NCBI GenBank assembly: GCA_043732305.1
Contig: JAYTHU010000231.1
Location: 28,807-92,806, forward strand
DNA: 64,000 nucleotides
Source of the DNA: Oligoflexia bacterium
GTDB taxonomy: Bacteria; Bdellovibrionota; Bdellovibrionia; JABDDW01
Reading direction: 5' to 3'
Below, in pieces: positions 56,518 to 64,000 of this stretch (position 1 is the first letter of the stretch; each line of letters begins with the position of its first letter). Made by a program: the position numbers and the translations under genes. The notes under the pieces are model-generated. The model was not told the origin of the DNA. It did no database searches and was given only the letters and a program-made list of their open reading frames with translations.

Positions 56518-58779
56518 TTAGAAAGGGAGTTTATCCAACAACTGCTTGAGTTGGGGGTTATCAATTTTCTCGGCGGCTTTTCTGAGAGCCTTCACACCTT
56601 GATCTTTTAATGCGCCTTCGCCAATTTCTTTAAAGGCCTGAGATAAATTTAAACAGGGAGAAGAGATTTTGCAACCCACTTCAAAGGGCAAATTGAGTCT
56701 TCCGTCAGCTGTGCGATTTTTGGCGGGGATACCATTTCCTGCAGGCGTGATGAGATGCCCATTGATATCGTTGTTCATATCGAAGTCAACCCAGCCTGTC
56801 CCTGTGATTGTGGTGTTAGGCCCTTCCATATCTGCAATGAGACTTGTGATATTAAATTTTCCGTTACCAATCTTGATGTCAGATTTCAGCTGGCGGAATT
56901 TGTCCGTCACATTTATTTTTCCAATTTGATCCTTTACAGCTTGAATTGGAATGCCAGATAACTTTTCACTGATTTGTTTCATTGCATTGAGAGAGTTCCA
57001 AGAACCGTTTTGGATTTCCAAATGAGCCGTCCCAGTGAGTGATTGCTTCACACGGGGTTTTGAAATTCCTGATCCAGCTATACTGAACTTTCCAAGAGTC
57101 TTTCCGAATAAGGTATCCTTGGCCATGGGCATTTGATTTGAAATTGCGGCATTGATATCAAGTCCCTTTACATCCCCACTAGCTTGGTAGGTTGGTTCGG
57201 CCCCTTTAAAATCCACGCTAGATACAAATTGAACATTGCCGCCAAAGGTTTGCGCGGTTGCTTTTCTCAAATTGATAATCAGATCTTTAAAATTAATTTC
57301 CGCAATCAAGTTTTCGATCAATGCTTTATGGGCCACTATTTTTTTGAAATTTACTTTCGCTGTAAAATCCATTCCGCGCATGATAGGATTTTTCTTCATG
57401 AGATAAATGGGACCGGCAAGAATAGCCGCAGCATCAACATCTGCGCTCTGGCCATTCGTCTTCACTGAAGCTTGCTCCGCTTGCTTTTCTTGGTCAGGTG
57501 TTTTGGCGGGAAGGAGAGCATCCACATCAAGATTTTTACTCAAGACATCAAGAGCGATAACCGGTTTAGCGAAGTTTTTAACAGTGCCATCAAACTCAAG
57601 ATCGCTTGCGCCCATTTTCAAAGCAGCTTGGGAGAGTGTGGCGGTTTCATTATTAAAGTTAAGTGTTGCTCGGAGATCAGTCACTCTCGGAACTATCCCG
57701 GGAGCCTTGAGACTTGCACTAGCCAGAGTGACTTTTCCACCGTAGTTAATTTTACTAGTTGGGCCACTCACTTTTACTCCAAGTTGTGCTACCCCTTGCA
57801 TATCAAAGTCTTTGAGAGGCTTTAGAATATTCTGCCAATGTTCAAAAACGAATTTGCTGCTGTCTATTGTGAGATTCATTTCAGGGTCAGAAAAATTACC
57901 GACCGTACCTTTGACCGTCACGAACGCATCATTGGCTATCAGTTTCACTTCAGTCAGATTTAAAATTTGATCCGTAGTGGATAATTTAGCTTCTATTTTA
58001 AAAGGCACGCCTTTTTGCTTATCAAAGAGCTCGCCGTACTTCACCACTAAATCTGTGAGGTCTATATCGCTCGTCAGGTCGATTCGATCAAATGCTCCCA
58101 ACTTCGTATAGATTCCAGATGTTCCCTTTACGACAATGGGGCCAGAAACAGCGAGTTCTTTAGATTCTTGAGATTTCAAATTTGTTTTGAAAGAAATGTC
58201 AAAAAGCTGGTTGATCCCAAATCTTTTGATGTCTAAGTCCATCCCGGTGAGATCGGTGCGAGAGTGTTTTTTCTCATCGGCATAGACGAGATGACCATTT
58301 TCAATATGAAAACTTAAATCAAACGCCACGACTGCGACTTTCCCGCCGCTCGTTTTCGATGAAGGTTGAGCAGCTACTTGTGCACCACTTGGTTTCATGA
58401 TTTTCATCACGTTCATCTTGCCATCGGGACGGGTGATAAGATTGATCTCCGGATTTTGGACAGACAAGGTGATGTCGGGTTTTCCGCCAAACACAGAAGA
58501 AAAAGGAAGTTCCAACTTTGCATTCTTCATATCAAAAATGCCTTGACCGCCGTGGGTCCCTTTTTCGGAGAGAACCATCTTGTCTATCTCAAGAAATATT
58601 CCTCCCCAGAAGGAAAGCTTGATATTTCCGATTTCAAAATCGGCATTAAGATTATCTGTAACTGCTTTTTCGATTTGAGGTTTGAATTTGTTAGCATCCA
58701 CAAAAACTGGAATGAGAAGGACCGCGACAATAATCAAAACTACAAACCCAGCTAGCCCGATCAAGATTTTCTTAAACAT
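56518..58779 (-). CDS. AsmA family protein
   Basis: N-terminal TM with DANKFKPQIEK and a beta-taco-like C-terminal region. Confidence 0.85.
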   Translation of the reverse strand: MFKKILIGLAGFVVLIIVAVLLIPVFVDANKFKPQIEKAVTDNLNADFEIGNIKLSFWGGIFLEIDKMVLSEKGTHGGQGIFDMKNAKLELPFSSVFGGKPDITLSVQNPEINLITRPDGKMNVMKIMKPSGAQVAAQPSSKTSGGKVAVVAFDLSFHIENGHLVYADEKKHSRTDLTGMDLDIKRFGINQLFDISFKTNLKSQESKELAVSGPIVVKGTSGIYTKLGAFDRIDLTSDIDLTDLVVKYGELFDKQKGVPFKIEAKLSTTDQILNLTEVKLIANDAFVTVKGTVGNFSDPEMNLTIDSSKFVFEHWQNILKPLKDFDMQGVAQLGVKVSGPTSKINYGGKVTLASASLKAPGIVPRVTDLRATLNFNNETATLSQAALKMGASDLEFDGTVKNFAKPVIALDVLSKNLDVDALLPAKTPDQEKQAEQASVKTNGQSADVDAAAILAGPIYLMKKNPIMRGMDFTAKVNFKKIVAHKALIENLIAEINFKDLIINLRKATAQTFGGNVQFVSSVDFKGAEPTYQASGDVKGLDINAAISNQMPMAKDTLFGKTLGKFSIAGSGISKPRVKQSLTGTAHLEIQNGSWNSLNAMKQISEKLSGIPIQAVKDQIGKINVTDKFRQLKSDIKIGNGKFNITSLIADMEGPNTTITGTGWVDFDMNNDINGHLITPAGNGIPAKNRTADGRLNLPFEVGCKISSPCLNLSQAFKEIGEGALKDQGVKALRKAAEKIDNPQLKQLLDKLPF

Positions 58780-58782
58780 TTG

Positions 58783-60219
58783 TCATTCTCCTTTAAGTTT
58801 CTTATTTAAAATGTCATTGATGACCTGAGGGTTCCCTTGGCCTTTCATTTCTTTCATGACTTGCCCAACAAAAAATCCAAAAAGCTTATCCTTGCCCGAC
58901 CGGAACTGTTCAACTTGGCCCGGATTTGCGGCAATGATTTTATCAATGATGGTTTCAATGGCTTTCGTGTCAGTGACCTGAGCGAGCCCATTTTCAGCAA
59001 TAATCTCATTGATTGATTTTCCAGAATATTTGCCTTGCGCGAGATCCTCGAAAATTGTTTTAGCAATTTTCCCAGAAATCTTAGATCCATCAATATTAAT
59101 AATAAGATCTGCCAAAAGTTGACTGCTCACCGGGGATTGCGTGATTTCTTTTTTCTGCTCATTCAAAATTCTTAGAAGATCGCCCATCACCCAATTGCTG
59201 GCAGCTTTTGGATTCTTAGTTTTTTCGGCAACGATTTCAAAATATTCTGCCATGGGACGAGATTGAGTTAAAAGATCCGCATCGTAGGCGGGGAGCCCGT
59301 ACTCTTTTGTGAAACGTCTCATTTTTTGAAGTGGAAGCTCGGGCATTGTCTTTCTGATGCCTTCAATCCAAGCCGCGTCCACTTTGATGGGAAGCAAATC
59401 AGGGTCTGAGAAATAACGATAATCATGAGCTTCTTCTTTGGAGCGCATGCTGACTGTGCGATTTTTATCGGGATCATAAAGACGAGTCTCTTGCACGATT
59501 TTTTCACCGAGCTCGATCAAATCAATTTGCCGACCCATTTCATACTCAATCGCTTTTTCAACAAATCGAAAACTGTTGATATTTTTAATTTCAACACGAG
59601 TTCCGAATTTTTCAGCGCCTTTTTTTCTGACACTGACATTGGCGTCGCATCTCAATGATCCTTCATCCATGTTACCATCGCAAACATCGAGATAAAGGAG
59701 GGTCTGTCTGAGATTTCGCAAATATTCTGCAGCTTGATGGGCAGATCTAAAATCGGGATCGCTGACGATTTCAATGAGAGGAACGCTACTGCGATTCAAA
59801 TTGATCAAACTATATTCACCGTGATGAGTGCTTTTTCCAGCATCTTCTTCCATGTGAATACGTGTAAGACCAACCGTGTTTTCCACACCGTCCATCATGA
59901 AAGTCACTTTGCCTTTTCCGCAAATCGGATCTTCAAATTGAGAAATCTGATAACCCTTGGGAAGATCAGGGTAGAAATAATTCTTACGTGCAAAAACATT
60001 ATGTTCTCTAATTTCGCAATTAAGCGCTAAGCCGGTGAGAATCGCAAAATTCACGACCTGTTTATTAAGGACAGGCAATGCTCCGGGCATCCCAGCACAA
60101 ATAGGACAAGTGTTTTCATTGTCGCCTTTACCGAATTCCGTTGAGCACGAGCAAAAAAGTTTTGTTTTTGTTAAAAGTTGCGCATGGACTTCAAGCCCAA
60201 CGACTAATTCATAATCCAT
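58783..60219 (-). CDS. gatB: Asp/Glu-tRNA amidotransferase subunit B
   Basis: GLEVHAQL, PGALP, RKNYFYPDLPKGYQISQ, HMEEDAGK. Confidence 0.98.
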   Translation of the reverse strand: MDYELVVGLEVHAQLLTKTKLFCSCSTEFGKGDNENTCPICAGMPGALPVLNKQVVNFAILTGLALNCEIREHNVFARKNYFYPDLPKGYQISQFEDPICGKGKVTFMMDGVENTVGLTRIHMEEDAGKSTHHGEYSLINLNRSSVPLIEIVSDPDFRSAHQAAEYLRNLRQTLLYLDVCDGNMDEGSLRCDANVSVRKKGAEKFGTRVEIKNINSFRFVEKAIEYEMGRQIDLIELGEKIVQETRLYDPDKNRTVSMRSKEEAHDYRYFSDPDLLPIKVDAAWIEGIRKTMPELPLQKMRRFTKEYGLPAYDADLLTQSRPMAEYFEIVAEKTKNPKAASNWVMGDLLRILNEQKKEITQSPVSSQLLADLIINIDGSKISGKIAKTIFEDLAQGKYSGKSINEIIAENGLAQVTDTKAIETIIDKIIAANPGQVEQFRSGKDKLFGFFVGQVMKEMKGQGNPQVINDILNKKLKGE

Positions 60220-61657
60220 AGGGGGACTTCCTTACATCAGTTTGGTTTTTCTCAACCACATAAGCAGCATTGATGATTCGTTCTTCTTCAAAATGTGGGG
60301 CAAGTAACTGAAGCCCAATGGGGAGTCCACTCTTTGAATAACCACAATTGAGAGACAATCCAGGAATTCCAGCTAGAGATGGGGTGAGAGTGAAGATATC
60401 ATTCAAATACATAGCAAGGGGGTCATTGGATTTTTCCCCGATTTTAAATGCCGGAGCAGCCGTCACGGGAGTGACAATGATGTCACATTTAGCAAACGCC
60501 TTTGTGTAGTCATCACTGATGAGTCGTCTCACCTGACAGGCTTTTTTATAATAAGCTTCGTAGTATCCACTCGAGAGTGCAAAAGTTCCGAGCATAATAC
60601 GTCTTTTAGGTTCAGGACCGAAACCTTCTCCGCGAGACTTTTTGTACAGTTGCGAAAGTTCCGGAACATTATCTGCACGATGACCAAATCTCACTCCGTC
60701 ATATCTAGAAAGATTCGCACTCGCTTCACATGGAGCAATCAGATAATAAACCGCAATCCCTTCTTTCGTGTGAGGAAGAGAAATATCTACGACGGTCGCT
60801 CCTTGAGCTTTTAAAATATCGATCGCATTTTGAACAGCCTTTGTCACATCGGGATCGATACCTTCAATGAAATATTCTTTTGGTAAACCGATGCGCAATC
60901 CTTTGACGTTGGTCGGAAGATTTTTAGTCCATTCCTTAACAGCCATTTCCGCGGAAGTTGAATCCTGCTGATCTTTTCCAGAAATAACTTCCAGAACAAG
61001 TGCTGCGTCTTCCACTGATTTTCCGAAAGGTCCCACCTGATCAAGTGAAGAGGCAAAAGCCACAACACCAAATCTTGAAACTCGTCCATAGGTTGGTTTG
61101 ATTCCGACAATTCCACAAAAGCTTGCGGGCTCTCTGATACTTCCACCAGTGTCAGTGCCAATGGAAACGGGAGAAATTCCTGCAGCCACTACGGCGGCAG
61201 ATCCTCCACTTGAACCTCCGGGAACGCGCGTGAGATCCCATGGATTCATCGCGGGACCGAAAGCTGAATTCTCATTGCTTGCGCCCATCGCGAATTCATC
61301 CATATTGGTTTTTCCAATGATGATCGCACCTTCAGCTTCAAGCTTATCCACCACGGTGGAAGAATAGGGTGGAATGAAATTGCTGAGAATTTTTGAGGCA
61401 GCAGTGGTACGAATTCCTTTTGTTAAAAGCACATCTTTAATTGAGATTGGAACGCCTGCCAATTTTCCAGCTTTTTTTCCGGAAGCTATCTTCTTGGCTA
61501 TCAAGTTTGCTCGGGCGAGCGCCTCGCTTCTACAAATCGTAATAAACGAATTCAAGTCTTTTTGAGACTTCTCCGCTTTGGCTAATGCTTTTTCAACAAT
61601 TTCAACGACATCGACTTGTCCGTTGTTCACACTTTCAGCAATAGATTTTATTGTCAT
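60209..61657 (-). CDS. gatA: Asp/Glu-tRNA amidotransferase subunit A
   Basis: Amidase signature GKTNMDEFAMG, PGGSSGGS, GTDTGGSIR. Confidence 0.98.
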   Translation of the reverse strand: MTIKSIAESVNNGQVDVVEIVEKALAKAEKSQKDLNSFITICRSEALARANLIAKKIASGKKAGKLAGVPISIKDVLLTKGIRTTAASKILSNFIPPYSSTVVDKLEAEGAIIIGKTNMDEFAMGASNENSAFGPAMNPWDLTRVPGGSSGGSAAVVAAGISPVSIGTDTGGSIREPASFCGIVGIKPTYGRVSRFGVVAFASSLDQVGPFGKSVEDAALVLEVISGKDQQDSTSAEMAVKEWTKNLPTNVKGLRIGLPKEYFIEGIDPDVTKAVQNAIDILKAQGATVVDISLPHTKEGIAVYYLIAPCEASANLSRYDGVRFGHRADNVPELSQLYKKSRGEGFGPEPKRRIMLGTFALSSGYYEAYYKKACQVRRLISDDYTKAFAKCDIIVTPVTAAPAFKIGEKSNDPLAMYLNDIFTLTPSLAGIPGLSLNCGYSKSGLPIGLQLLAPHFEEERIINAAYVVEKNQTDVRKSPYGL

Positions 61658-61980
61658 AAAACTGGTGGCACCTTAAATAAATTTCCGACGCGCTCGGGAC
61701 TATTGGACAAAGCTTCTTCGACATTTATTAATCTTCTTGGAATGTCTTCCCGAAAGGTCACGGGCATTTGCACGGCAGTCACCATTGTTTCAATGCCATC
61801 GGTGTTTACCTTGGAAAGCTCGGAAACATATTCCAAGATTTTTTCCAGCTGTCCTGCATAGAGCTTTTCTTCATCGGGCGTGAGCGAAAGCTGTGCAAGA
61901 TCCGCTATTTTTCGAATGGTTATCTCGTCTATCTTAGTTTGCGTCGATGGTTTTGATTCTGAACTTGATTGGTTTGTCAT
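61654..61980 (-). CDS. gatC: Asp/Glu-tRNA amidotransferase subunit C
   Basis: IADLAQL, ILEYVSELSKVNT, FRED, FKVPPVL. Confidence 0.93.
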   Translation of the reverse strand: MTNQSSSESKPSTQTKIDEITIRKIADLAQLSLTPDEEKLYAGQLEKILEYVSELSKVNTDGIETMVTAVQMPVTFREDIPRRLINVEEALSNSPERVGNLFKVPPVL

Positions 61981-62053
61981 GACCTCATAATGTAGGGGAA
62001 AGGAGTGCTCGGGGCAAATATTTCTTGATCGACCATATGTGTCAGAGCGTTAG

Positions 62054-64000
<1,947 letters not shown>

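Overview
A 64 kb bacterial chromosome segment with an accessory-rich left and middle part and a housekeeping right part. The organism is inferred to be Bdellovibrionota/deltaproteobacteria-like, from the Myxococcus/Bdellovibrio-type pilin N-terminus, the GYF-TM-TPR protein and many exported hypotheticals. Left to right: (i) EmrB-type MFS (partial), DODA/LigB dioxygenase coupled to an orphan histidine kinase, and a broken ADH-GNAT pair; (ii) a hemerythrin-cphA-iadA-cphB cyanophycin operon downstream of a triple-PAS hybrid kinase and a REC-kinase; (iii) dus, a DUF2156-rhomboid-like fusion, a degenerate Lgt, ogt, an amber-interrupted GNAT, a type IV pilin, a DUF2779 double nuclease, rcnR-rcnA, USP, DUF4010, cls and an EEP; (iv) an AT-rich islet next to tRNA-Ser(UGA); (v) AT3-SGNH acyltransferase, rlmL-like methyltransferase, serS, TPR protein, HIT, an exported SelO/MchC-like protein, an exported GT-B-like protein, murA-prmC-prfA-rpmE-rho, lipoproteins, PilZ, a LysM-like protein, DUF192-ppx-asmA-gatBAC and ligA (partial). 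The best candidate for an undescribed system is in the islet. An unannotated 17-aa ORF (MKKIKWSYKTGNPTSYK, strong SD, 3' hairpin) heads an operon of a GRDP/DUF1399-like putative metalloprotein, a TauD-family Fe/2OG dioxygenase and an MFS exporter, which looks like a minimal RiPP-like cluster with no known class-defining enzyme. No database searches or folding programs were run: family calls come from motif recognition, and start-codon refinements were read manually.
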